From Negaprion brevirostris (Eukaryota): a DNA stretch of 61,974 nucleotides. The notes below the pieces were generated by a model. It saw nothing but the letters and a program-made list of their open reading frames with translations. It was not told the DNA's origin and did no database searches. Position 1 is the first letter of the stretch; each line of letters starts with the position of its first letter. A program made the translations under genes and the position numbers. Location: the NCBI GenBank assembly GCA_030324005.1, contig JARDVH010000193.1, forward strand, positions 70,981,974 through 71,043,947, written 5' to 3'. This document shows, in pieces, positions 37,511 to 51,320 of the stretch.

Positions 37511-39849
37511 AGCTGACATCGTAATAAACAATGTCTTTAGCAGTTGTAAACTGAAAAGACTGAATACTAAGACCCTACTAAGTCAAAACATTTCCTCACC
37601 AACTCAAACAGTTATGAAGGCAATCTTAATTCAGACCATGAGGTCATTAAGGACTTTTAACATGTAATTCCATGCATTACCAATAATTTGTATAATGCAA
37701 CTGAAGTGCATCAGGGTTAGGGTAACACAGTCCCAGTTGTAACATTCACAACATCCAGTGCTCATGATGCACCAGCGGTATGGTTGGGAAGACTTTCTGC
37801 TCAGCCTATTTTCCCTACTACATTGTCTATTTCAAGTGCTGCAGAATGTGTTGTTGATCAACCACAGCAGCAGCACATTCAGAAGAAAAATTTGTCCAAC
37901 TACCTTAAGAACTGACTACTGATTATCCTACTCTACTCAGCACCATTCCACACCCATGTCAGACTCAACCAGAGAATGTGCTCTGTGATCACTACAAACA
38001 CCAAGGGTGCATTCGATTCGTCTTCATGACCCTCTTCTTCCCCTCCCCACAAAGATGTCTGTTACAGAAAATATTGCAGGCTCAGTAACTGCTCTGTTAG
38101 GCAGGGTTGTAGCATTGCATAGGAAGGCACACACTTAAATGTTCAAGGCAATGACCAGATGCAGTTGGCGTTAAGATTGTTGTCATAACTAATTAAGTTT
38201 CTGAGGAAACTCTTATAAGCCCCGAACTAGTACTAACATGCTTGCTAATTATTCCAATTATTTCAAAACACCTTTCATTATACCTGAAGAAAAGTAATAT
38301 GCTATGGATTTTCTTTTTTAATTTTCTATTCAAAGGCAGATCCTTGGTGATTCATCACCAAATAAACCACATCAAAAGTGCTAAGTTTTTTTACTAAGGA
38401 TAAGGTGAGGAAGCAAGACCAGATTCTATCACAGCTGAAACAGGGTTCAAACCCAATGTAATTGGCATTTCACTGATTTACACACTAGCTGTCCAGCCAT
38501 CTGAGCTAGTTGGTTCCCCACCATGCAGTTTAACACTGTTATAAAACTACTAATTTNNNNNNNNNNNNNNNNGTGCATCAAACATTGGGGAAATCAAAGG
38601 CAGTGTTAATAATTCCAGAGCTGTGCAACCACTGAATCGAAACTGAACACAATGCTGGCAATACCTGTCGCTGCCCAAGGTAAACAGTTTCAAAGTTGCA
38701 CCTGTAATTAAATTCAACTTTGACCTGAATCCAAAACTTTGGAGAAAAAGCACAAGAGGTTAGATCAATTGGATAACTCTGTCAAAGAACTGGCACAAAC
38801 ATGATGGCTAAATAGTCTCCTTCTGTGCAGCCAGATTCTACATTTCTAGATATGAATTTTATTAATTCATGTGCCTCTACTCTGCTGCCACTGTTTAGAT
38901 TAGGATCATTGTTTATCACACAGTAAATAGCAGGAATAGCAAGCCTTTCCATTGTCCCACCATTTAATCATCTCATTAAATGTTTTACAAGTGTTAAGTT
39001 GCTTTTGATTGCGGGTCTGGTGTGATTGGCNNNNNNNNNNNNNNNNNNNNNNTATCAGTTTGCTGCATACGAGTTCGCCCACACAAAAACATCAAGCAAT
39101 TCCAAGTTGTGATTTGCCTGCTCAAATGTATCATTTTTAAAAAATAGAGCAGGTCAGAGTCTGGGAGTGTCAAGTTGCCCACTCATGTGGAAAATTCACA
39201 TCAGGTTTCCAAACTGGGCTGGTAATCAGGGAGCCCTGCTTCATATTTTGCCATATTACTTTGCCTAAGAAAGGCATTCACTTCAAGGGAACATACAACT
39301 CCTGTCAAACTCCTATTGTGGAGGGAGTTTCAGGTTTTTTGATCCATCAATACTGAAGTATGAATTATGATACCTTTTTACCATAATCTGCTCCGTTTTG
39401 CAATTTAAAAGCGCCAAATTATTGTCATTCATTTCAGCAGAAGGATTGAAGTTTCATGCCACAATCAAGCTTGTAGAATTCACACAAAAATCATAATTAG
39501 GAGTAACGAAAAAGAAGTAAAAAGGCTTTCCCTTCATTTGGAATACAGTCAGTTGGTGTCACAATTCTACATCAGTTTAAAACTCTCTGCCCCAGTCAAG
39601 AACATTGGTGTCAATTACAGGGAAGTATTGAGTCCCAACCTTGGAGAAGATGCTAAATCAAGGCCATGAGAAGGATGATCTTTCAGCATCCTTATTTTCC
39701 TTCTGTTATGCGAAATAGAGTTTTGTTTGGTCAACCTGGGGAATGAGAAAGGAAGCAAGGCATGACTGTGAAAGTGTAATGATCCTGTACCTTGTTCTGA
39801 ACAAAGTGTGGAATTCTGCTAGAGTAGAACTCCCTTCAAACAAGATCAA

Positions 39850-40450
39850 TCCAAACAGTACCAGCAAAGTGCTTTTTTGCATTTGACATGTTCACCTCCA
39901 GCGGTCTGTTCCTCTACCTCACCATTCTGTTCATATTCTGTTCTGTCAGCAGTGTAGACCGAGTGGTCATGTGAAAATGTGATGACGTGGCTACTTAAGA
40001 GGTCGCGTGGTGGGAGATATCCCTGGGAGTGTGGGCAGCACGCAAATATTGAAGTAGCTGCAGGGCTAGTTGAAAATCCTTGTTGTCGGTAATTCAGGGA
40101 ACCCACAACATTTACAAGTACGAACATGTACCTTTGTGACTCTTGCTGAGCACTTGAGCGTGGCTTATGAACTGTCTCCCATTATTTATACATTTTTTAA
40201 TTCATTGGGGTATGGACATTGCTGCCATTTATTTCCCATCCCCCAAGAAGCTGCTGGTAGAGCACTCCCTTTTTGTACCAACGCGTCCAAGTTGTGCTGT
40301 TGTGCAGGAAGTTCCAGGTTTTTGGTACAACACTGAAGTCTGAATTATAATACCATTTACCATGTCCTGCTCCATTTCGGGATTTCCAAACACTGAAGTA
40401 CTATCATCCATTTTAGCAGCAGGTCTGAAACTTCCAGCCATGATGGAGCT
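39850..40450 (-). mobile_element. Very old Ty3/Gypsy RT remnant
   Basis: FVLVNVVGSLNYRQQGFSTSPAATSIF...VITFSHDHSVYTADRTEYEQN resembles TFxTxxGLFRYKRLxFGISSAxEIFQ...YxDDILV...EHDQNL. Confidence 0.45.
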
Positions 40451-41952
40451 CGTACAATTTAATAGATTTGTGGCTTTATTTTTGTAAATTGAAAACACAG
40501 AGCAACCAACCTTAGATCACCAAGCAAACAAGCTCTGTACAAACCATCAACTGGAATTTTTCACCCTTGGCTGTGACTGGGATTCTCCAGTCCCGCTGCA
40601 GTGAATTGAGTTTTGGTGATCGAACGAGATCAGAGAATCCCAGCCTCCAGTATGATTCAACTCTCCCTCTACCCCATGAGCCAAGAGTTTTATTGATATA
40701 AGAATAGGCATTGGGGAATTCCTTCATAGTCATGTTACTCCTGATCTTTCTTGCACTATTTTCATTTTACTTTGTCACTGAAACAGTTAAATAGTTGGTA
40801 GCCCAGGACTTACCAAATTTTACATATATAATTCAAAAATGTTGAGGTATTTTTATGAAACTGAATAGAAATGTTCAGCCTGCAGAAAAAGAAATACTAT
40901 TAACTTGATTCTCAAATAAGACAATTTGCATATGCAAATTGAATTAGGAAACAGTCTTTCTGCAGTAACTCAACATTCAGAAGCTCTTACTTCATAAAGC
41001 ATGATAACATAATTAGGTCGTTAAGGATAAAGTGCCCATAAATTATCAGATTAATGTATTTGCATATTTATTATGTTAATTAGGATAATTTAAACACACA
41101 AATTAGGCTGATATAAAGATTGTCCCTTTCTTTAGCCATGATTACCTTTATCCTCCAATCTACCATTAAAAGCATGAGGGAACATTGATTTCAGGCGATG
41201 CTACTAGAGTTGCTAATTAAATTGTATGTTAACAGTGACTGAAGGAAGAGGAGAACTGATACCTAGACCTTGTCCATTGCTTGCATAAACATTTCTCTCT
41301 CACAATGTCCAACAATGTGATGGATTAGTTGGTTGGTTGATTGGTACAAGTCAGGGCAAAGTGCCTTTAAGCAATCTAGAAGTCCTTTTTTGGGCTAAAG
41401 ATAACTGTGAACCATCATGCTGATTCAGGCACAATTCCAAATGTCTTTTCACCCGACCTTGTACCTAATACACCCAGAATAAATATGAGAGTGAATTTCA
41501 TTTTGTAATTTCTTTTAAAGTGGATCATATTGCCACAGTTCTCAACTTGAACAGTAAATGATGAGATAGACACAAGTGAGTCTCGTGAGTGCTGCAGGTT
41601 TATCTCCAGGCGTCAGCCTCAATGAGGAAAGTGAAGGAAGTTCAACAGTAGATAACATATTACAAGCATGAAAAAAAAGAAGCCTCCGGAAAACTAAATC
41701 AGAAACGCTTTGAAGTTCTAAGCATTGAAAGCATGCATGTTTCCAGTTAAGAATCACATAAATAAAGCTAAATACCGGCTAAATACCATTAATTTTGAAA
41801 CATACAATAAACTCACGAGAGACTNNNNNNNNNNAACCTCTATTATGCAGAAAACAAAGAATGGCACTTTTAGGGGAACAACATCATCTTCTGTGTTGCC
41901 TCCAAGTCAGTCCACCCCCATCCCAACTGGGGAGGATCAAAATTCACAAAGA

Positions 41953-42135
41953 TAAAAGCAAATTACTGCGGATACTGGAATCTGAAACCAAAAAAAAGTT
42001 GGAAAGTCTCAGCAGGTCTGGCAGCATCTGTAAGGAGAGAAAAGAGCAGACGATTTTAATACATTAGCTCTTTCCTCTCTTACAAATACTGTGAGACCTG
42101 CTGAGATTTTCCAGCATTTTCTCTTTTGGTTTCAA
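41953..42135. mobile_element. Fold-back (inverted) pair of Penelope-like terminal fragments
   Basis: ctcagcaggtctggcagcatctgtaaggagagaaaagagc ... gctctttcctctcttacaaatactgtgagacctgctgag, separated by an ~18-nt spacer. Confidence 0.7.
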
Positions 42136-42194
42136 AAGGCACAAAGGATTAGGAGAGACAGATTTCTCCAGAGTAAAAAATAGGACCATGGTAA

Positions 42195-42632
42195 TATAGA
42201 GAATAGGAGCAGCAGTAGGCCATTTGGCCCCTTGAGCCTGCTTCACCATTCAATTAGATCGTGGCTGATCTTTGACCTCACTATCTTCCTATTCCTTGAT
42301 ACCTTTAAAATCTTGAAATTCATCAGTCTCTTGTCTTGAACATAATGACTGAGCCACCATAGCCCTCTGAGGTAGAGAATTTCAAAGATCCATCCTTCCC
42401 TGAGTGAAGAAATTCTTCCTCATCTCAGGCCAGAATGGCTTATCCGTTACTCTGAGACTGCGTCTCCTGGTTCTGGACCCCACCAAACAGAGGAAACATC
42501 CTTCTTGCATCTATTCTGCTGAGCTCTGTAAGAATTTTGTATGTTTCAATGTGATCACCTTTCATTCTTCTAACAACTAGAAAACACATGCCCATTCTCC
42601 TCAATTTCTCCACATAGGACAATCCTGCAATC
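42195..42632 (-). mobile_element. CR1 LINE 3' region
   Basis: IAGLSYVEKLRRMG...RRMKGDHIETYKIL...IDARRMFPL; tail ataggagcagcagtaggccatttggcccc. Confidence 0.88.
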
Positions 42633-43535
42633 GTAANNNNNNNNNNNNNNNNNNNNNNNNNNNNNNNNNNNNNNNNNNNNNNNNNNNNNNNNNNNNNNNN
42701 NNNNNNNNNNNNNNNNNNNNNNNNNNNNNNNNNNNNGGACAATCCTGCAATCGTAAATGATTAGATAGTAGGTGGGTCAGATTAACAGGTTTGTAAATGT
42801 ACAAAGAAGCATGGTCAAATAATGTTGGTGAGTTGCCGTTGCAGATAGTCATATGGTAATATAATCTTATAGTGATATCAGAGACCTAGCTCAAAAAAAG
42901 GGCAGAATGGCTACTGTGTATATATATATTCTCCTGGATACATGGTGCATAGGAAAGACAGGGAAGGAAAGAGAGCTGGGAGGGTAACTGTATTGATTAT
43001 GCACAGGGTTCAAATATAAACCTGTTCAGTTAGTGTAAAGAAACTACCACAACACTGTTAGGTATTGAAGTAGAAAATGCTGGAAATGTTCAGAAGATTA
43101 GGCAGCATTTGTGGAGAGAAACAGAATGAATGCTGCAGTTTGATGACCCTTCCAAACAGAGCGAGTGGTGGGTGTGTGTGGGGGAGACGTATGGGGGTGT
43201 GGGCGTCAGGGCCCACTGTTTTAGTATCTGGTTGCCCATGCTGAGCAGCCATAGCTACGGACCCAGAAGGTTGGATTTATAAAGAAGTACCTATTAGGCT
43301 GAGAGTTCCAATGTTTTTAAGCTGGTCTGTCAGCGTTGTGCTTTTGATTTTGACCTTTGGGTATCTTTGCGATTCCATTTTTAAAAATGTTGGCCAGGAA
43401 CGCACAAAGCTGTCCGATGGTGCGAAGCAGCAGCAACTGGCTAAAAATGGTCAGTCACATCCTTTCTGTTTTACAACCATTTGGATGTTGGGTTGGAATT
43501 TTGATAAGAGGTTGGGAGAAAAGTTTGTGAAGTGA

Positions 43536-43712
43536 TGGAGTAAGGTTGCAGGGGTGGTGGGGTAAATTTGGAGGGGCGGTGGAGTAAGGTTGGAGGGGCG
43601 GTNNNNNNNNNNNNNNNNNNNNNNNNNNNNNNNNNNNNNNNNNNNNNNNNNNNNNNNNNNNNNNNNNNNNNNNNNNNNNNNNNNNNNNNNNNNNNNNNNN
43701 NNTGGAGGGATG
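43536..43712. repeat. G-rich ~22-bp minisatellite spanning a 100-N gap
   Basis: ggagtaaggttggaggggcggt-like units on the left flank and tggagggatggt after the gap. Confidence 0.6.
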
Positions 43713-44904
43713 GTTAAAAGGGAGGTTTTGGTGAAGTTGAGGAAAGATTAAGGTGGGTAGGTTAGAGGGGGGCCATTAGTAGGAGATTAGCTACAGAGTT
43801 GAATAATACTGCAAACGTTGTGATTTGTTTGTAGCTATTTTCCTAACATCAGTTAAATGCTTTGTGATTGATTATCCTTAGAGAATTAACATTGATTCTC
43901 CAATTTCATCATTGTTACAATCAAGTTGCCTGACGTGATGAAATAAAAACAAAACCTACATTTACTCAGCTCCATTCACAACGTCTCAAATCACTTAACT
44001 GCCAGGTAAGAACTTCTCTGACATAGGCAATGTGATCAAATGGCAGAGCAGGGTCGAAACGCCAAATGGCTTACTCCTGCCCCTAATACGTATATTCATA
44101 TGTCATTTTGAAGAGATGAGATGCACTGGGCTGGATGGCTTTTGTCACTCATGACTATCTTTAAACAGAGGTTGGAATCATGGCTGGAATTTTGCTTATT
44201 TTGTTGCTAATGGAAGTTTACAGTGAGTGGGCTTTGTGGGGTGAGACTGCCAGGACAGGAGGTGTAATGAGCTCACAGGAAATCTGTCACCCGTTTTACA
44301 CTGCACTCTTGAGAGTCTTTTCCATTGACTTTATTCTTGTCCTCTTGTCCACCTACGAATTCCCTTTTCTAAGTCATAAAGTTGTGATAAATTTGTGTAG
44401 CACGGTGGATGATGTTGTGCAAAGCAGCAAATGGCAGTGTTTTCAGATTTTCTGTCCACAAAACAGATACAATTATGAACTATTCAATCTTTGTTATCTG
44501 CGGCCTCTTCAAAATCCTACTGCAGAGAGACACTGAAGGGCCCTGAAACAGGAGAAACACTGGGAGCCATGATTCCCTGTTCCTGCATGGATGTCCAGGA
44601 TGTTTAGGCTGGTGTCCATCGGGATGTTCCTGTCCTTCGCCTCTTCTGCTTCCTGTTCTCTGTTTCCCACATACTCTGAACCCCCGTCCCCCATCCAACT
44701 GGGCCTGTCCTGTCTACGGCTCCCTACCAAACATATAAATACCTAGACTGATATGTGTAACTCAACATTTATTGCTCTAAAAATATTATTACTGAAACAC
44801 TCCGTATATGCAGCAATTTCATGTCTTGCGCAATATGTGGTATTACCATCTAGATTGAGGGGAGAGCAGCTCAGTGAATATTAATCCATTTTGAAATGGA
44901 GTCA

Positions 44905-45181
44905 TTCATAGAATCATAGAATCCCTACAGTGCACAACCCCACAATCCCACCCAGGCCTTATTCCCGTAACCCCACTTATTTACTCTGCTAATCCGCTAA
45001 CACTAGCGTTAATTTAGCATGACCAGTCAGACTGGATAGTGGGAGGAAACTGAAGCACCTGTAGGGAACTCATGCAGATCACGGGGAAAATGTGCAAACT
45101 CCACACAGGCACTGACCCAACGGTGGGTTGAACCCGGGTCCCTAGTGCTGTGAGGCAGCTGTGGTAACCACTGTGCCACCC
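44905..45181 (-). mobile_element. HE1/V-SINE-like SINE
   Basis: catagaatcatagaatccctacagtgca tail ... gaacccgggtccctagtgctgtgaggcag...aaccactgtgccacc head. Confidence 0.85.
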
Positions 45182-47765
45182 AAATAAAATATTTGTGAAG
45201 CATTGAACAGTCTACATAAAATCCAGATGTGAGGTGACAACTCTAATGGTGGAAAGATATGGGACAAACCACTTTTTTCCTTCTACGCATGCTGCATTTA
45301 TCACAACCTCAAATTATTCATTTACTGTCTCCCGAAAGGTAAACTTTCTGAAGGTAACCTATCTAATTTACATTTGAATACATCAATGAAAACAATTTAC
45401 CTATGCAGCCCTTCATATAGACCGATCACTCACCACTGTTTCAGCAGCTACTGTTTCCATCGTTAGGTTTAGCCCCTGTGCCGAATAGAATCCGAGAAAA
45501 AACAACCATCTGATCTCTCAACGTTCCTCTCTTCCAGTGAGAACATTCCCAATTTACAAAAAAACACCAATCAAGATGGAGGAAAATATGGTAAGACCAA
45601 AGGAACAATTATATTGGTCCAAACTGGTCTTGTATATCTTAAAATGGAACACCATTAAAAACTGAGAAATAAGAATACTGGTTCAAACCGGTTTTTTTTC
45701 CTATTTTGAAGGAGCCAGTTATTAGGAGAATGTTCTTTTAGAACCTTATTTTACCACTGTTTGTACAACTCCTAAAGTCCCAGTACTGTGCTGTAAAACT
45801 CTACACTGCAGCACAGGCCTATTTAAAGACTACCTCTTATCTTCAAACCAGCTAAGGTTTCCAATTCCTGCTGAGTACCATCTGACACACAGTAGATTAA
45901 AAGTTGGCATTGACAGGGGCATCCAGTGATGATACACCCAGTGTAGGAACATTAGAACATTGCATCCTAACCAAATGAAATGAGACAGCAACTTGAAAGC
46001 TTGGGTGATTATTGATAATATAAACTTCAAAACAAATTGAGTATTTTCACTTTTTGTGCAGAGACCATAAAGTATTCTTAATTGCTAATTCATAATATAT
46101 TTTTTTTCATCAACCCATTGGAATTTAACCAACGTTTTCAGGTGCTGTGTTGTAATCCGTAAGAATAGTATTTAAAATCCTTAATACAATTAGAAAACAT
46201 GATGCTTATTTGTTGCGATTATACATTTGTTTTATGCTTCTGACTGGCTGTCCAGCTTTCAACTTTGATAGCCTTCAACTGTGTGGCTTAGATTTAATGG
46301 TCAGTTGTGAAGCAAAGACCCTCACCACTCACCTCAAAGAAAACGGTACTGAGAAATCTTGCAAGGACTATGAACTGAACTTTAACTCTCTCAGTGTGTA
46401 ATTGGTTGTCAGATAGTTCGATGAAGATCTCCAGCATTGAGCTGCAGCATTGTCATCAGGCTATTCAGGCAGCCAATCTCATTAAGGAATTCTCAGAGAC
46501 AGCCAACCAAGAAATAAAAAAGCACAAATAGTCTTATCACGTCTTAAAAATTTTACAGGGAGCGAAGTTGAGACATACGCATGGAGTGAAGGTAGAAGAT
46601 GAATACCATGAAAAGCTTTTTTATTCCCTTAAAAAAATCCAGTAATGAATTGTAATAAAGACATTTGCCAATACTCTAAATCTTCAGGACAGATCTGTTG
46701 CTGAGCTGCAGTTATTACTCACATCACCTTTAGAAACCTAATTACACCTGATTAAATAAAGCTTAACTTTTTATGGGGTTTTGAACAGTGATACAATGTT
46801 AAAACCACATTGCCATGCTCATTAGTACCAGGAAAATGCAATACAATCAAAGGAATGTTAAAACACTGTAATATTATACAGTGACTGCAGTCTTTTACCA
46901 TCTAACACATATTGCCTTTTATGTGAGGGTGTTATATGAAGTGATTTCCTGTGAGCTATATAAAAGGCAGGAATATCAAGATCTTCACTCAACTTACTTG
47001 CCATTCTGACCCATGCTTATTGCTACATCATACTATTTGAACACAATCTGAGTCATCTCATATCCTGAGTTTTCAACATTTCCTTACCAAGTGCAACCTT
47101 CTCAAAGGGGTATACACACTTCCCATATACACATCAGACTTCTCAAAGGAGTATACACACATCAGGAACGCAACACTTTTTATTTGTCTTATCTGAACTT
47201 CATTTACCACTACTCAGCCCAGAATATCAGAGTAATATATCTACGAATGCAGAATATTGCATGAAGCAGGATTTGATTGAACAAATAATTAATCTGTACA
47301 AAAAACTTATTTCAGATAGTCTTATTCATTGAGTAACAAAGGGCGTAACCCAATTTTAAGACATGAATAAATTTGACAATAGTCTGAAAGTCAAAGAAAA
47401 ACTAAATTACAGATCAGTGGCAAGAAATTTGGACCAAATATTTGAAGACATTCAGATGTAAAACTGTGGAGAATTTCCACTGAAACATGCAAGGANNNNN
47501 NNNNNNNNNNNNNNNNNNNGTATTACGTTATATTGTTGACAGATAGCAGCCTTAGATTTGAATGACAGTTTCAAACTTATTACAAGTATCCACCGAGTTG
47601 TTTAAAGAATAGACGAAAACTAGAATAGTGAAGGCTGAGAAGAATGACTATTATGTATTTGTGAGGTTTTAGTCAAAGGAAATAATGGAGTTAACAGATG
47701 CTAAGGAAGCAAGGAAAATTTTCCTCCAATCCTTTGACATTTTCTTCAACTTCATTTTGTTGGAA

Positions 47766-48035
47766 CCATAGAATCCTTACAGTGCAGGAAGACACCATTC
47801 GGCCCATTGATTCTCCAAAAGACCATCTCACCCAGGCCTTCCCCTCCATTCTACTCCTGTAACCCTGCACATTTACTACAGCCAATCTACCTAACTGACA
47901 CAACTTTGGACTCTAAGGGGCAATTTAACATGGCTAATTTTCTGAACCCACAAATCTTTGGACTGTGGTAGGAAACCAGAGCATCTGGAGGAAATACATG
48001 CAGACACGTGGAGAACATGCAAACGCCACAGACAT
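47766..48035 (-). mobile_element. HE1/V-SINE-like SINE (5'-truncated)
   Basis: catagaatccttacagtgcagga...ggcaatttaacatggc...ggaaaccagagca...ggagaacatgcaaac. Confidence 0.8.
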
Positions 48036-49203
48036 TCACTCTTCTTTCTGAAAAGAGCTAAGACAGAATGGGTTATAATTTGATATCTTCCAGCATCAAT
48101 ATTCTGGTACACCACCCAATTAGCCAAGCGACATCGGACAGTACGAGCAAGTTATCTGAGCATGACGGATTCTACATTGATCCTGTGCTTACTTGGTGTG
48201 TCCATTAGAAGACATAAGTTCAGCACTCCTATGCTTTCAGCAGGAAACTCTTTTTGAAAAGAGGGTGGACAACCTTCAATGTTATAGCCCAGTTCTGACA
48301 GTACCTTAGAGTGGGGTTCTTTGCCTAGAGCATGGGGATGCTGAATTTATCCTAATGAAATGAAATTCCTTCAGTGCTGCTGTCTAAATCCTGGAATTCC
48401 CTCTGAGCAGCACTTTCGGGATTCTACAACATAAAACGCAATGATACAAGAAAGCAACCTTCCGGAATGGGCAATAAATGTTGGCCTAGCCAGTGATGTC
48501 AACATTTGGTGAATGAATAAAAAAAAGTTAGGAGCAGGAAATGTCACCAGCATTTCCCGAAACCTAACCTTGTTGCCTTGAGATCAATTATAATCTTGTT
48601 CTGCCACCTTAACTGACTTCAAGCAGACCAGTGACTGAACCTGTTCAGTTTTGTGTTTGATTATGCTAGTCTGTTTGCTATCGATTCTCAATATGCTTGA
48701 TTGGATAAGCCTGGCTTTGGACTCAGAGCAAAGTGAACAAACTATGGAGGTTGATGGAAGAGCAGGCATTTTATATCACTGTGAATAAACTTCTATTACA
48801 CAGAGACAAATTGGTTTCACCAGCACACTTCAGGAATTCTGGGACCAGTGGGCATCACATGGTGCCCACTGCACATTTTACTTTACCTAGACAAATTTGC
48901 TTTTGACATTTTATTTTTGTTACAGTGCCCCAGCCAGAAGCCATCACCCCTATCATTTTTGATTAATTTAGTGATTATTGTTTGTTATTTAAAGCATGTG
49001 AACTGATCTGTCAATTCTGCGTAGCTCTGAGATATGAAATGTGCAACACCAGGACCTACCTGATGTTCATGGCTCAACATCAAATTGAATGAGCCACCAA
49101 AAGTTTTGGGGAATAATCTTTGAAAAAAATGCCGAATACATTATGAAATACCAACACTGCAAAATTATTCATTTTGCTTTTTTGAACATGAAAAGCAACT
49201 TAC

Positions 49204-49341
49204 CAGAGGTCAAAAGGAATCCACCTCCCGACTTGTAGAGTTTTGCACTCACAAATGGCACTGCACAAACTACTAGAAATCCTCCCACAAGACCAGCAGC
49301 CACACCTACTATTATGAATGCTGTCCAGAAGCCTCGATACA
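49204..49341 (-). CDS. TMEM182: TMEM182-family gene, internal coding exon (exon 4 equivalent; TM2-TM3)
   Basis: 138 nt, ttacacag| ... |gtaagt, phase 1/1. Translates (V)YRGFWTAFIIVGVAAGLVGGFLVVCAVPFVSAKLYKSGGGFLLTS(G), cf. TMEM182 YRGFWAV...CAAPFASHFLYKAGGG. Confidence 0.95.
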
Positions 49342-49549
49342 CTGTGTAATGGAAAGAATATTATAATTAATTAATCCAGCTGATTATTTAATTACATTCA
49401 TTTCAGTTTCTGAATACAAGCTGATCTGCCTCTGAATTGTCCATGAACAGAAGTATGAGGAAAAATTTGTGTTTCATTTTTTCTGTAATGTGCTTTGCAT
49501 TCACTGTCTCTTTCCGTTGCACCGTCTCTGTCATTTTGTTCCACTTTCT

Positions 49550-51320
49550 TTGCCTCAATGTTTCTCCCTGGTTTTCAAACATATTCTCTCACTGGATGGA
49601 ATCCTATGGAGGTGACTGGAGTCTTTTTGGATGACTAGAGAGCCAGCGTCACTTCTCTTTGAAGAGGCCACTGCATCTTGAGGCACTGAACAGACCAATG
49701 GTAGGCCTTCTCCAAAGACCCTAGTGGTGTATGCCTCACTGTCAAGAGTTGCTGGCCAATTAGAGCCTGGCAGTGCCTCTGTACTCAGCAGTGTCAATGG
49801 CCAGGCTGTGACTGCTGCTGGTACTACGTCGACCCGGTGGGCATGACTGATGATGAGTCGGGACTCATGGAAAGGGGAGGGGTCATGGGGGAGGAAGGTG
49901 GAGGGGGGGAGGTTGGTGGCAATGGCAAAGAGTTGACTTTTTGCACCTCCACCATCCCCCCCTTCCTGATCCTAAGTCTCTCAATTAAGCACAAAGAACT
50001 TCTGAGTGAGGCATCCTCCAGTAACCTGCAAACATGCCAGTGTTTGTGTGTTGTGCTTCCTGTATTTGACAAGCCCCCCACCTGTCCGCCGTTGAGTTAA
50101 TACCAACAGTGGCAGTACGAAACCCTTAACTGAGCATTAATTACCCAATTAAGTGAAACATTTGGCAGTGGGAGTGAAAGGCCATCGGTGGACCTTGCTG
50201 CCAAGGGGTTAATTGGGTTGAAGGTGGCAAGGAGATGTGGTAAGGTAGTGTCTGGAGGGAAGTCCAATGTTTTTCCAATGCCAGGGGACATTTCCAGTAA
50301 TTTCTCCAATATTTTGGAGATGACCAATTAATAGGTCTACTGGTGGCCATTTTATTACCATTCACTATGTATTATCACAGCAGAAGGTAGGAGACTCGCA
50401 ATGCAGGAAACAATACGAGCGAACCTTGGTGTGTTTGCTTGTAGGCTCTCAGGGGATGCCTCATTCAAAGGCTCTCAGTGCCAGACTGAAGGCCTTGGCA
50501 TCAGAAAGGACAGGTATGGGCTGAAAGTCAAAGCCCTCCCCTTGTTGCTAACCCCCTCTAACTCCCTCCCCTGTAACTCCCCTCTCTGTGATACCCTTTC
50601 TGTGAGTCCTTTCTCGCCATCACTCACTGGGCTTGGGGCCCTCCTCAATTGGAAGCCTCTGGTGGATGTAATACCCGCAGCAAACAGTCTGCTTGCTGGC
50701 ACTGCCGAGTACAGAAAGGCTGCCAGCCTCTGATTGGGTGGAAGCTCTTAATGGGCATTACATATGCTACCGGGGTCCCTGGAAGGCCCATTGCCGGTCT
50801 GCTTAATGCCTGAATAGAGACAATACAGTGAGCCTTCTTGAAAAAAGGCATGGGGGGGTGGGGGGAGATTGTCAGCCCTCCAATCATTGGATATCATCCC
50901 ACAAACTGCACGATGCTGGGTTTGACTGCTGTCAGGTCAGGCCCTGTCATGTGAAAACATCCACGTGGCTTCCTCACGGCTTCCTGTTGTTGGCATCTTT
51001 ATTCACAGAGGCCNNNNNNNNNNNNNNNNNNNNNNNNNNNNNNNNNNNNNNNNNNNNNNNNNNNNNNNNNNNNNNNNNNNNNNNNNNNNNNNNNNNNNNN
51101 NNNNNNNNNNNNNNNNNNNNNNNNNNNATGTCAAAATATTTCTTTCACTTTCTCCAAGGTGCTTCAGAATAGAGCTGCCTGCTCCTCGTCTTTGCAGATT
51201 CAACAATGGCCACACCCATTGGTGGCACTGCGTCTTATTTGACCACTGCTGGTAAAATTACCACTCTGGTGCCCATATGCCAGGGCTTGGGACCTACATT
51301 ATGCCTATAAAATTACAGCC
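49550..51320. mobile_element. Decayed GC-richer DNA-transposon (probably Harbinger-type) remnants
   Basis: Composition and subterminal-like motifs (cccaattaag, ttaattggg, TIR-like aaaattacagcc) resemble the other Harbinger derivatives here; no coding signal seen. Confidence 0.3.

Noticed and set aside
42617-42756. Identical 20-mer (ggacaatcctgcaatcgtaa) on both sides of a gap
   Set aside because: The gap is exactly 100 N, so this is most likely a contig-overlap artefact, although a TSD cannot be excluded.
47099-47165. Direct repeat cttctcaaagg(g/a)gtatacacac
   Set aside because: An ordinary short local tandem duplication with no further structure.
49847-49873. Hammerhead-like ctgatga-tgagtcgggactca-tggaaa
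   Set aside because: Two extra nucleotides before GAAA and no supporting stems I/III; likely chance.
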